DNA from: Candidatus Omnitrophota bacterium
GTDB taxonomy: Bacteria; Omnitrophota; Gorgyraeia; Zapsychrales; Fredricksoniimonadaceae
Reading direction: 5' to 3'
Assembly: GCA_030650275.1 (NCBI GenBank)
Contig: JAUSEK010000011.1
Span: 73,890 to 137,889 of the forward strand
Length of the DNA stretch: 64,000 nucleotides
Shown piece by piece: positions 37,058 through 46,760 of the stretch. Position 1 is the stretch's first letter. Every line of letters begins with the position of its first letter. The notes under the pieces are model-generated. The model was given only the letters and a program-made list of their open reading frames with translations. It had not been told where the DNA came from and did no database searches. The position numbers and the translations under genes were made by a program.

Positions 37058-37254
37058 TGACCCCACCCCACCAATTAAAGCCATTTGCATGTAGAGTTTC
37101 CTAATAAGGGTAAACTAACCCAACAAGGAGGCTTTGCATGGCAACGCTACACCCCCGAAAACAGATCATTGAAGTCTTAAAAGAGGCCGAAACCGGGGCC
37201 AAAACTGCGGAGATTTTCCGCAAACACGGCGTTTCATATGAATACTCAATCTGA
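37058..37254 (+). mobile_element. IS3-family (IS407-like) left-end relic with degenerate orfA
   Basis: TGACCCCACCCC IRL-like start, RBS AAGGAGG, ATG 37138 encoding ...QIIEVLKEAETGAKTAEIFRKHGVS (IS3 OrfA HTH); frameshifted RYTPE motif; truncated at ~37237. Confidence 0.75.
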
Positions 37255-38407
37255 GAAACCTTACGTTGATTTTTATAAGAAATACAAAATTTCGCCTGTT
37301 GCGCAGGATATTTCTGATGTAAGGAAACATTTTGAAAGAAGAGAGTTTTTATACAGACGTTTGGGTATTGTGGGTTCGTTCATTAAGGATCGATCGATCA
37401 TAGAATTTGGGCCAGGCAGCGGTCACAACGCCCTTTATACATATAGCTTACAGCCTTCGCAATACGTCCTTGTTGACGGAAATCCGAAAGGTTTAAAAGA
37501 TTGTGAGGACCTTTTCGGGAAGTATTTTCCGGACCAGAAATACCATGAACTGGTGGCGAGCTTAATTGAAGAATATAAAAATGACCAATTATTTGATCTG
37601 GTATTATGCGAAGGATTATTGGCGGGCCAAAAAGATCCACAGCAAAGTTTAAGGTCCGTTGCCAAGTTCACCAAACCCGGGGGAGTTTGCATCATTACGA
37701 CCCATGATTGTGTCGGCTTTCTCACAGACCTGCTGCGCGGTTTGATCGGCGGGATCGTTATGAAAGAAGAGATGTCTTTTGAGGAAAAGGCCGGGATATT
37801 ATCGGCGACTTTTGAAGGACACTTTGCCCATTTGAAGGGAATGAGCCGGTCATCCAAAGATTGGGTGGTGGACAGCATTATGAATAAAGCACTTTGGGGG
37901 AATAAAGAAACGGACATGCTCTCCATAGAACGTGCGATCAGGACGCTGGACGCCTCATTTGATGTGTACGGGGTATCTCCCTATTTTTTTGTTGACTGGC
38001 GCTGGTATAAAGATGTTTATGGGGAAAAAAGGGATCTTAATAAAGTGGCCATCGATTGTTATCGCAAGAACCTGCACAATTTACTGGATTGCCGCGACCA
38101 GTGGGGGCCGCGGCCTGCCGAAGAGAACACGGATCTTTTAAATGTCTGTCTGGAAATACGGCGTTTGATCGCATGTTTTGCCCATGAAAAAAACAGATCG
38201 CATATTGAGGGCATTTCTCAAAATGTCCATGCGCTGGAGGCGATGGTCAGGAGGTTTTCCAAGGTCACGGCGGACGCCTTGTCTGATTTTAATTCCGCGC
38301 TCAAAAAGTATCCTTCCATAACCCCGAAAACCGATTGGAAAAGTTTTTCTTCCTGGTGGGGGAGAGGATCGCAATATTTGAGTTTTATCCGTAATAAAAA
38401 CGAATAG
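37238..38407 (+). CDS. Class I SAM-dependent methyltransferase
   Basis: IEFGPGSG, LVDGN, FDLVLCEG, KPGG. Confidence 0.8.
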   Translation: MNTQSEKPYVDFYKKYKISPVAQDISDVRKHFERREFLYRRLGIVGSFIKDRSIIEFGPGSGHNALYTYSLQPSQYVLVDGNPKGLKDCEDLFGKYFPDQKYHELVASLIEEYKNDQLFDLVLCEGLLAGQKDPQQSLRSVAKFTKPGGVCIITTHDCVGFLTDLLRGLIGGIVMKEEMSFEEKAGILSATFEGHFAHLKGMSRSSKDWVVDSIMNKALWGNKETDMLSIERAIRTLDASFDVYGVSPYFFVDWRWYKDVYGEKRDLNKVAIDCYRKNLHNLLDCRDQWGPRPAEENTDLLNVCLEIRRLIACFAHEKNRSHIEGISQNVHALEAMVRRFSKVTADALSDFNSALKKYPSITPKTDWKSFSSWWGRGSQYLSFIRNKNE

Positions 38408-38409
38408 AT

Positions 38410-39309
38410 ATGGTCCCCAAAACAGCCATCATCGGAGCATCAGGATTTATCGGAAAGGCCCTTTTATCTCTCCATCGCGAGACGCATCCGGACTGTGTCG
38501 GAACGGCTTTGAACCGATTGAAGGGAGATTTGAAACATCTGGACCTGCTTTCCTGCGACATTGCTTCCTTAAAACTTGCTGAGTCCGGGCATCAGGATGC
38601 GATCATTACGGCAGGGATAGCACGGATCCATGTCCCCCAGAAAGAAAAAGAATATACAAAAAAAGTCACCCAAGGGACGTTAAAGATCATTCAACAGCTT
38701 GTGGATGAAGGGATCAAGCCCATATACATTTCCAGTGAATGTGTTTTTGATGGACGCACGGGAAACTACGACGATGACGCGCCGGTGAACCCGATCAACG
38801 GATATGGACAACAGAAGGCGGAAATAGAACAAGGCATCCGGGAAATTTCTAAAGGCAGGTATCTGATCGCCCGGTTCAGCAAGGTTTTTACCATTGAAAA
38901 GAAAGATGGATCTATTTTTGATGAAATGGCGGCCGCGTTGACATCAGGCGGCACAATACGCGCGGCATACGATCAAATTTTTTCACCGACGCTTTTGTCT
39001 GATGCCATCAACGCCCTGAAAATATTACAAACGAAGAACGCGACAGGGATTTTTAACATCAGCACGACCGAAGTGTGGTCACGGTATGATCTAGCTTTAA
39101 TAATGGCCGATCATTTAGGGGTCGGCCATGAAAAAGTTGAGAAAATATCCCTGGATGATCTTAAGGAGGTCATCAATAATGAAGTTTTTAATCGTCCCAA
39201 GAATACGAGTATGAATGTCATGAAATTGATCAGGGAAACAAAGAGCACGTTTACGCCGATCTCCCAATGCATGGAGATCATAGCGAAAAATTGGACAACC
39301 CCATGTTGA
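38410..39309 (+). CDS. RmlD-like NDP-4-keto-sugar reductase
   Basis: GASGFIG, ISSECVFDG, PINGYGQQK, DQIFSPT. Confidence 0.8.
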   Translation: MVPKTAIIGASGFIGKALLSLHRETHPDCVGTALNRLKGDLKHLDLLSCDIASLKLAESGHQDAIITAGIARIHVPQKEKEYTKKVTQGTLKIIQQLVDEGIKPIYISSECVFDGRTGNYDDDAPVNPINGYGQQKAEIEQGIREISKGRYLIARFSKVFTIEKKDGSIFDEMAAALTSGGTIRAAYDQIFSPTLLSDAINALKILQTKNATGIFNISTTEVWSRYDLALIMADHLGVGHEKVEKISLDDLKEVINNEVFNRPKNTSMNVMKLIRETKSTFTPISQCMEIIAKNWTTPC

Positions 39310-40901
39310 TCTCTTTCCTTCGGCGTCAGATGCTCCACATGAAAGAGGGGGGCATGCGCGTTTTTGGTCAAAAGGTAAGAAATTTATTTAAGTTCTTATA
39401 TATGAGCCTCTTGGCCCCGGCGGCTGTTTGCCTAAAAATTGATTGGCCTGAGGCCTATTATTTTGTTTTGCTTCGTATGTATAAGCAACATAAAGACATT
39501 TGTTTAAATCCTGCCTGTGACAGCAATTTAAGCAAGCGTATTAAATTAAAAAGAAAGATCGTTTATTGTATTAAAAAATACATCGCGCATGAACCGAGTT
39601 TGACTGATCTTTCCGTTTTTATATCAGCGAGCACCCTCCTGATCAATTTTTGTTATACCGGTCAAGAATTCGTAAGATCCATGGGTATTTTACGGAATAC
39701 TGAAAAAATGAGACGCCGGATATTGAAAGATCACCAATTGGATGAGCTTGGTTTTGAATTTATTCCCAGGGCTTTTGCCACAGGGAGCATCGGCGCCTGG
39801 GAGATCCTCGGGGTCCATATAAAAATGGGGATCCTTGGATTGAAGACCCCTAAAAAATTGGTGTTATTGCTTGATCCTGAAAGTCGTGTTAATAATCCCT
39901 GTTATTTAAAATACTGGCGCCAGTATATCACTGTTATCTCTGATCCATTATTGATTCAGGCGCTTTCTCCTTTGGAAAAATGCATGACCGTTCCGATCAA
40001 TTATTATATGTCGTTCCAAGGAAGGGTCATGTTGAGCCCGCAAGCCCTTGGATTCGTGCGAAAACAATGGAATGAAGAAAAGCGTCCGGCTCTTCTCAAG
40101 CTTTCCGATGATGATTTTGTGAAAGGATGGAAGCGCTTAAGCTCTTTAGGCGTCCCGAACCACGCATGGTTTGTCTGTCTTCATGTGAGAGAATCAGGAT
40201 GGAATGACAATAGCCACGCGGGGAACTTTCGCAATGCGGATATTAAGACCTATGTGCCGGCCATAAAGGCCATTGTTGATGCCGGGGGGTGGGTGGTCCG
40301 TATGGGAGACCTCGGAATGACCCCATTGCCGCCGATGGACCATGTGATCGATTATGCCCATAGTGATGCGAAAAGCGATTGGATGGACATTTTCTTGTGT
40401 TCGCAATGCCGTTTCCTTGTAGGAACATCTTCGGGAGTGCATACAATATCTTTAGTTTTCGGCGTACCTGTTGTCATGACAAACTGTTTGCCGGCCGCGG
40501 CGATGTACCAGTTCACTGTGAATGACCTGTTTATCCCAAGGCTTTGTCTGTCTAAAGATGACGATCATTATCTAAGTTTCCGTGAATTGATGTGTCCTCC
40601 TGTCAGCATGGGTGCCGAGCAGTATGTTTATGACAGGCTTAATCTTAAAGTCATGGAAAATACACCGGAAGAGATCAAGGATATCGTGATGGAAATGTTG
40701 ATGAGGGAAAGCGGCACTATTCAATATAGTCAAGAAGATGGATCTCTGCAGGAGCAGTTCAGGTCTTTGTCAGCCCGTTGCGGTGCATTATACGGAGATG
40801 ACGATATTGTTGTCCATGCCAGGATGGGGCGGGATTTTTTGCGAAAATATGCCGGGCTTTTACCCGTTGGTATGATGGAAGAATGCCGGAATAAAGGATA
40901 A
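39303..40901 (+). CDS. TIGR04372-like putative glycosyltransferase with N-terminal extension
   Basis: SIG, FVCLHVRE, FRNADI..Y, VVRMGD, IDYAHS, GTSSG, ENTPEEI. Confidence 0.75.
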   Translation: MLISFLRRQMLHMKEGGMRVFGQKVRNLFKFLYMSLLAPAAVCLKIDWPEAYYFVLLRMYKQHKDICLNPACDSNLSKRIKLKRKIVYCIKKYIAHEPSLTDLSVFISASTLLINFCYTGQEFVRSMGILRNTEKMRRRILKDHQLDELGFEFIPRAFATGSIGAWEILGVHIKMGILGLKTPKKLVLLLDPESRVNNPCYLKYWRQYITVISDPLLIQALSPLEKCMTVPINYYMSFQGRVMLSPQALGFVRKQWNEEKRPALLKLSDDDFVKGWKRLSSLGVPNHAWFVCLHVRESGWNDNSHAGNFRNADIKTYVPAIKAIVDAGGWVVRMGDLGMTPLPPMDHVIDYAHSDAKSDWMDIFLCSQCRFLVGTSSGVHTISLVFGVPVVMTNCLPAAAMYQFTVNDLFIPRLCLSKDDDHYLSFRELMCPPVSMGAEQYVYDRLNLKVMENTPEEIKDIVMEMLMRESGTIQYSQEDGSLQEQFRSLSARCGALYGDDDIVVHARMGRDFLRKYAGLLPVGMMEECRNKG

Positions 40902-40919
40902 GATATTCAAGAGGGATCG

Positions 40920-42716
40920 ATGAAAAATTTAAGGAAGATCTGGTTTTTATTGACGCTGGATAACCCCAGGAAGCTGTATATCACGGTGATCGCGATCGTC
41001 GTCATGTCATTATTCGATATGATGGGGGTTGCGTCCATATTCCCGTTTTTGAGCGTCATGTCAGACCCCGAGATCATTCACAAGAGCCATAAGATCGCAT
41101 GGGCATACGATCGGTTCGGGTTTACAAGTATAAACTCCTTCCTCATCGCCTTGGGCACGGCCTCTTTTGTCATCCTGATCGTCAGCAATGTCCTGCGCGC
41201 GGTCACCATGAAGTCCCTGATCCGGTTCACCTGGATGAAGCATCAAAGCATTGCCAAACGATTATTGGCCCAATACCTGTATGAGCCGTATGCTTTTTTT
41301 CTCAATCGCAACAGCTCTGAACTGACCGCTTATCTGATGTCGGAGGTGGCCCGTGTCGTCACCGGAACGCTGATCCCCTGCATGCAGATATTCGCGAGGT
41401 TTTTGCTGATCATCTTTATCCTTGGGCTTTTGTTCCTGGTGAACCCCCTGGTGGTCTTGCTGGTCCTGGGGGTGATCGGAGGGGGTTATGCCGCGATCTA
41501 TTTGTTCTTCCGCAACCGCATCGCCCGTACCGGAGAGGATTTTCAAAAACACAGCAAGATCATGTATAAGACCCTCAACGAGGCCTTTGGAGGGATCAAG
41601 GACGTTAAGCTCATGGGCAAGGAACATATCTTTATTGAGCAATATGCCACCCAAGCCAAACAGATCATCCATTGCTATTGTTCACAATTTTTGATCGCCC
41701 AGCTGCCCCGTTATGCCTTTGAGGCGGCCGCGTTCGGCGGGATCCTGATCATCATGATGTACATGGTCATCGTCACAAAAGATTATCAGCAGATCGTTCC
41801 GCTGGTCGGCTTGTATGCGCTGGCGGCTTATCGGCTGATGCCCGCTTTACAGCAGATCTTTCAGGACATCACCTCCGTGCGCTTTAGCCGTTCAGCCCTG
41901 AATGTGGTTTATAACGATTTTACGCAATGCGCGTATAAGGACCGCGAGCCGATCACCCCCGGAACAGAGCGGCCCTTGCCGTTCTCCAAAAGCATTGAAT
42001 TTCGCAAGCTGACGTTCCAATATTTTAAAGCGTCCAAGCCCGTTATTGAGGATTTTGATCTCCTGATCAATGCCAATACGACGATCGGGCTGGTCGGCAG
42101 TACCGGGGCCGGCAAAACGACGATCATTGATATTCTGCTTGGCCTCCTGGTCCCCCAGAAAGGGGACATTCTCGTCGATGGCGAAAAAGTGGATGAGAAA
42201 AATATCCGCGGCTGGCAGAAAAATCTGGGCTATGTTCCCCAGCACATTTATCTGTGCGACGACACGGTCACGCGCAATATCGCCTTTGGCGTGCCGGACC
42301 ATGAGATCGATGCGCAGGCGGTCCGGCGCGCGGCCTTGCTTGCCAATATCCATGATTTTGTTGAAAAGGAATTGCCTGATGGATATGAAACGGAAGTGGG
42401 CGAACGCGGGATCCGTTTGAGCGGCGGACAAAGGCAGCGCATCGGGATCGCCCGGGCCCTGTATCACAACCCTCCGGTCATCGTGTTTGATGAGGCAACG
42501 AGCGCCCTGGACGGCATCACGGAAGAGGTCATTTTGGAGGCGATCCATCATCTGGCGCATAGGAAGACCATCGTGATCATCGCGCACCGGCTGGGCACGG
42601 TGAAGGAATGCGATTGTATTTACCTTCTGGAACAGGGCCGGATCGTGAACCAGGGCACTTACCAGGAACTGCTGGCGAATGACCAGCGGTTCCGCAAGAT
42701 GGCCAAGGTGGCCTGA
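40920..42716 (+). CDS. ABC exporter permease+ATPase, PglK/WlaB-like lipid-linked oligosaccharide flippase
   Basis: Six TM helices, GIKDVK, PRY..E, AYRLMP; Walker A GSTGAGKT, LSGGQRQR, DEATSALD, IAHRL. Confidence 0.85.
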   Translation: MKNLRKIWFLLTLDNPRKLYITVIAIVVMSLFDMMGVASIFPFLSVMSDPEIIHKSHKIAWAYDRFGFTSINSFLIALGTASFVILIVSNVLRAVTMKSLIRFTWMKHQSIAKRLLAQYLYEPYAFFLNRNSSELTAYLMSEVARVVTGTLIPCMQIFARFLLIIFILGLLFLVNPLVVLLVLGVIGGGYAAIYLFFRNRIARTGEDFQKHSKIMYKTLNEAFGGIKDVKLMGKEHIFIEQYATQAKQIIHCYCSQFLIAQLPRYAFEAAAFGGILIIMMYMVIVTKDYQQIVPLVGLYALAAYRLMPALQQIFQDITSVRFSRSALNVVYNDFTQCAYKDREPITPGTERPLPFSKSIEFRKLTFQYFKASKPVIEDFDLLINANTTIGLVGSTGAGKTTIIDILLGLLVPQKGDILVDGEKVDEKNIRGWQKNLGYVPQHIYLCDDTVTRNIAFGVPDHEIDAQAVRRAALLANIHDFVEKELPDGYETEVGERGIRLSGGQRQRIGIARALYHNPPVIVFDEATSALDGITEEVILEAIHHLAHRKTIVIIAHRLGTVKECDCIYLLEQGRIVNQGTYQELLANDQRFRKMAKVA

Positions 42717-42727
42717 AAAAGGGGACT

Positions 42728-43504
42728 ATGAAAAAAAACATATTAAAAACGAAATTGGCCAAACATCAACAAACTCTTGGGTGTTGGGTCACGCTGGCGC
42801 ATCCCTTGATCCCTGATATCCTGGCGCCGGCAGGTTTTGACTGGCTTGCGGTGGACATGGAGCATAGTTCCATCGGCCTGGGAGAGCTTTTGCCCCTTAT
42901 CATTTCCATTGAACATAGCGGGATGGTGCCCTTGGTGCGTGTAGGAGAGAACGATCCTAATCTTATTAAGCGTGTCATGGATGCGGGGGCTTACGGCGTG
43001 ATCGTCCCTAATGTGAATACGGCCCGTGAAGCACAGGCGGCGGTGAACGCGGTGAAATATCCTCCGCAGGGGACTCGCGGAGTAGGGCTTTATCGGGCCC
43101 AAGGGTATGGCCGGCAATTTGAGGCCTATAAGAAGTGGGTGGCCCAAGAGAGCGTGGTCATTATCCAAATTGAACATATTGATGCGGTCAATCATATTGA
43201 GGCCATTTTTTCTGTTGGGGGCATTGATGCGTTTCTCGTCGGTCCCTATGATCTTTCCGGGTCCATGGGCATGCCCGGGGCATTGACCCATCCTAAGGTT
43301 GAGGCCGCGATCAAAAAGGTTTTGGCGGCGGCGAAGAAATATAAGATCCCTGCCGGGTACCATTCCGTTTCAGCGGACCCAAAGATGGTCCTTAAACGCG
43401 CGAAGCAGGGATTTAAGTTTTTGGGTTTCAGCCTGGACTCCATATTTCTTGGCACGGCGGCGGCCGATGCCATGGCTGTCGTCAAGAAAGGCATGAGAAA
43501 GTGA
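42728..43504 (+). CDS. HpcH/HpaI class II pyruvate aldolase (GarL-like)
   Basis: GFDWLAVDMEHS, LVRV, DAGAYGVIVP, YPPQGTRG, QIEH, GPYDLS. Confidence 0.9.
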   Translation: MKKNILKTKLAKHQQTLGCWVTLAHPLIPDILAPAGFDWLAVDMEHSSIGLGELLPLIISIEHSGMVPLVRVGENDPNLIKRVMDAGAYGVIVPNVNTAREAQAAVNAVKYPPQGTRGVGLYRAQGYGRQFEAYKKWVAQESVVIIQIEHIDAVNHIEAIFSVGGIDAFLVGPYDLSGSMGMPGALTHPKVEAAIKKVLAAAKKYKIPAGYHSVSADPKMVLKRAKQGFKFLGFSLDSIFLGTAAADAMAVVKKGMRK

Positions 43505-44412
43505 AGATCACCATCAACACTTCTTCTTTCGCGCAGGGTGATATTCAGCCGCTGGAAAGATTGCGCGCCAAGGGCATTGTGCCTGTTATGAATCCGCATA
43601 AGAAAACGATGACCGCCAAGCAGGTCATTGAGTTTTGCGCGGATGCCGATGGGATGATCGCGGGGACAGAGCCGTTGACCACGGAAGTTCTGGCGCAATT
43701 ACCATTGTTGAAGGTCATTTCCCGTTGCGGGACAGGGCTGGATCATATTGATCTGAAGGCGGCCCAGGCCCGGGGGATTAAGATTTTTAATACTCCTACA
43801 GCTGTGATACAGCCGGTTGCGGAACTGGCTGTAGGCCTGATGCTTTCTCTTTTGCGTCAGACCAATGCCATGGACCGCAACCTTCATGCCGGTATGTGGG
43901 ACAAGAAGATGGGGCATCTGCTGAATGGTAAGACGGTGGGGATCGTGGGGTTCGGGCGTATCGGGCAGAAGATCGCGGAGCTTCTGTTACCATTCGGCGT
44001 AGAAATTCTTTATACAGATCTCCGGGAAATAAAAATTTCTTTGAAGAGCATGCGGGTCAATTTAGATGAGCTTCTGAAACGTTCGGACATTGTCAGCCTG
44101 CATCTTTCCATGGAAGAGGGGAGATCTGTCATGAACGCGCCTCAGTTTTCTCTAATGAAAAAAGGCGCGTGGTTCTTGAATCTTTCCCGCGGAGAGGCCG
44201 TTGATGAGAACGCGCTTTATACTGTTTTAGAAAATGGGCATTTGGCAGGCGCGGCCCTGGATGTTTTTGGTCAAGAGCCCTATCAAGGGCCTCTTCAAAC
44301 ATTGGACAATGTTATTTTAACCCCGCATATCGGTTCCTATGCGCAGGAGGCGCGCGTTCTCATGGAGCAAGAGGCGGTTGAGAATCTTTTAAAAGGGCTG
44401 AATATCATTTGA
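43501..44412 (+). CDS. D-isomer-specific 2-hydroxyacid dehydrogenase (SerA-like, no ACT domain)
   Basis: SRCGTGLDHID, VAE, GFGRIG, NLSRG, ALDVF..EP, TPHIGS. Confidence 0.88.
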   Translation: MKITINTSSFAQGDIQPLERLRAKGIVPVMNPHKKTMTAKQVIEFCADADGMIAGTEPLTTEVLAQLPLLKVISRCGTGLDHIDLKAAQARGIKIFNTPTAVIQPVAELAVGLMLSLLRQTNAMDRNLHAGMWDKKMGHLLNGKTVGIVGFGRIGQKIAELLLPFGVEILYTDLREIKISLKSMRVNLDELLKRSDIVSLHLSMEEGRSVMNAPQFSLMKKGAWFLNLSRGEAVDENALYTVLENGHLAGAALDVFGQEPYQGPLQTLDNVILTPHIGSYAQEARVLMEQEAVENLLKGLNII

Positions 44413-44422
44413 GGGGAATCAT

Positions 44423-45301
44423 ATGAAAGCGATTGTTTTTGGAGGCGCAGGATTCTTGGGAAGTCATGTGGCGGACGCGTTGACGGATGCCGGATACGCG
44501 GTCACTATTTTTGACCGTAATCATTCGCCGTATGCGCGTTCTGATCAGAAAATGGTCGTTGGTGACATCCTGGACCGCCAGGCCGTGAATGACGTGGTCC
44601 GCGGCGCGGATGTTGTTTATAATTTTGCCGGGATCGCGGAGATCGATGAGGCGGCCCAGCATCCTTTTGACGCCGTGCAGGACAATATTGTTGGGAATAC
44701 AACAGTGCTTGAGGCCTGTCACGGAGCAAAGGTCAAACGTTTTGTTTTCGCGAGTTCTCTTTACGTGTACGGCAAAAGCGGTTCTTTTTACCGCAGCACC
44801 AAACTTGCCTGTGAACTTCTGATCGAGAATTATCATGAGGTCTACGGGCTTTCGTATACGATCTTGCGCTATGGTTCGTTGTACGGCCCGCGTGCGGGGG
44901 ACACGAACGCGATCCACCGTTTTGTCAAACAGGCGCTGACAGAGGGGAAGATCGTCCGTCATGGCGATGGCGATGAGTTGCGCGAATATATCCATGTTTT
45001 AGATGCCGCAAAGGGGAGTGTGGCCATTTTGGCGGATGAATTCAAGGACCAGAATGTGATCTTGACCGGCCAGCAGCAGATGCGGATGCGCGATTTTCTC
45101 ACGATGATCCGTGAGATCATGGACAATAAAGTGGCGGTTGAATATGTTCCGGCCACAGAGTCCTATCATTATGAAATTACGCCATATACCTTCATGCCCA
45201 AGATGGGCAAACGCCTTGTGCAACCTACGTATTTTGATCTCGGACAGGGGATTTTGGATGTTATTCACAGCATGTCCAGGGAGTTGAATTCACCTGTTTA
45301 A
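44423..45301 (+). CDS. NAD-dependent epimerase/dehydratase
   Basis: GGAGFLGSH, ASSLYVY, YRSTK, RYGSLYGPR. Confidence 0.85.
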   Translation: MKAIVFGGAGFLGSHVADALTDAGYAVTIFDRNHSPYARSDQKMVVGDILDRQAVNDVVRGADVVYNFAGIAEIDEAAQHPFDAVQDNIVGNTTVLEACHGAKVKRFVFASSLYVYGKSGSFYRSTKLACELLIENYHEVYGLSYTILRYGSLYGPRAGDTNAIHRFVKQALTEGKIVRHGDGDELREYIHVLDAAKGSVAILADEFKDQNVILTGQQQMRMRDFLTMIREIMDNKVAVEYVPATESYHYEITPYTFMPKMGKRLVQPTYFDLGQGILDVIHSMSRELNSPV

Positions 45302-45323
45302 GTAGATGTTGAAAGGTTTAAGG

Positions 45324-45980
45324 ATGATCAAGGCCTTGATTTTTGATTTTGACGGGGTAATTCTTGAATCGGTGGATGTGAAGGGCTGGGCATTCCAAAA
45401 GATCTTTGAGGGCTATCCCCAGCGGCAAGAGCAGATCTTAGCCTACCATTATGAGCATGGGGGATTACCACGGGCGAATAAGATCCGGCATATTTTGAAG
45501 GAAATTTTAAAACTTTCTTATGATGACGCGATCGTCGCGCAATATTGCGAACGTTTTGGAGAGCTTGTTTTTAAAAGGGTCGTTGATTCACCCTTTGTCC
45601 CCGGCGCCCGCGAGGCATTGGAGGCCTTTCAAGGGCGCTTTTTGACCTTTGTTGTCTCCGGAACACCTCATGAAGAGATGAACCGCGTTGTGGATGCCAG
45701 GGGTTTGCGTTCCTGTTTTTCCGCTGTTTATGGTTCGCCGGTGATGAAGGATGAACGGACAGGAATGATCTTGGCCGAACACGGCCTTGCCCCGCGGGAG
45801 GTCCTTTGGATCGGCGATGCGACAAGCGACCTGCGGGCCGCGGCAAAATACGGGATCCGTTTTGTCCTGCGTTCCTGGCCGGGCAATGAAGGGATATTTC
45901 GTCATGCCAGGGCCGATTTCAGGATGAATGATCTCACAGGCCTGCCGTCTTTGATCCAACAATTGCAGGAGAAAAAATAG
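45324..45980 (+). CDS. HAD-superfamily phosphatase
   Basis: IFDFDGVI, VSGTP, IGDATSD. Start 45306 or 45324. Confidence 0.85.
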   Translation: MIKALIFDFDGVILESVDVKGWAFQKIFEGYPQRQEQILAYHYEHGGLPRANKIRHILKEILKLSYDDAIVAQYCERFGELVFKRVVDSPFVPGAREALEAFQGRFLTFVVSGTPHEEMNRVVDARGLRSCFSAVYGSPVMKDERTGMILAEHGLAPREVLWIGDATSDLRAAAKYGIRFVLRSWPGNEGIFRHARADFRMNDLTGLPSLIQQLQEKK

Positions 45981-46759
45981 TGAATATCGTAGGCGTCATT
46001 CCGGCCCGTATGAGCGCGTCGCGGTTCCCGGGAAAACCTCTGGCCAAGATCTGCGGACTGCCCATGATCGAGCATGTTTATAAACGCTGCGCGATGTCCT
46101 CCATTTTATCGGACCTTTATGTCGCGACTTGCGATGAAGAAGTTTTCAAGGCAACAGAGGCCTTCGGGGGGCGGGCGGTGATGACCAGCGATTCCCATCA
46201 ACGGGCCTCTGATCGCGTGGCTGAAGCTGTGGGGAAGATCGAATCTTCCAGCGGGCGGAAAATGGATATTGTGGTGATGATCCAGGGGGATGAACCCATG
46301 GTGTTCCCGGAGATGATCGACATGGCTGTTGGTCCGCTCATTAAGGAAAAAGATATTTTTGTGGCCAATCTGACGGCCGCCATCACCTCCAAACAAGAGC
46401 ACGAAGACCCCAACTGCATTAAGGTCGTCGTTGACCGTCACTTCAATGCCCTTTATTTTTCACGTCAACCGATCCCTTTTTTCAAAGGCCCCGCCGCTCC
46501 TCTGACGCTGTATAAACAAGTGTGCATTATCCCGTTTAAACGCGATTTTCTTTTTACATACTCCGCGCTGGAACCAACGCCGCTTGAAAAGGCGGAGTCC
46601 GTTGATATGCTGCGCGTCCTGGAGCATGGGTATAAGGTGCGCATGGTGCCTTTTGATCTGCTGACCTTTAGCGTGGACACGCCGGAAGACCTCGTGCGCG
46701 TGGAGGCATTGCTGTGTCAGGACCCGTTGAATGCCCAATATAATAAAAAAGGGAAATGA
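45980..46759 (+). CDS. kdsB: CMP-Kdo synthetase-like cytidylyltransferase
   Basis: IPARMSASRFPGKPL, VATCD, QGDEP, ALYFSRQPIP, LEKAESVDMLR, VDTPEDL. GTG start. Confidence 0.8.
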   Translation: MNIVGVIPARMSASRFPGKPLAKICGLPMIEHVYKRCAMSSILSDLYVATCDEEVFKATEAFGGRAVMTSDSHQRASDRVAEAVGKIESSSGRKMDIVVMIQGDEPMVFPEMIDMAVGPLIKEKDIFVANLTAAITSKQEHEDPNCIKVVVDRHFNALYFSRQPIPFFKGPAAPLTLYKQVCIIPFKRDFLFTYSALEPTPLEKAESVDMLRVLEHGYKVRMVPFDLLTFSVDTPEDLVRVEALLCQDPLNAQYNKKGK

Positions 46760-46760
46760 T

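Noticed and set aside
43501-44412. Calling the dehydrogenase serA
   Set aside because: It has no regulatory ACT domain and its context is a glycan module.
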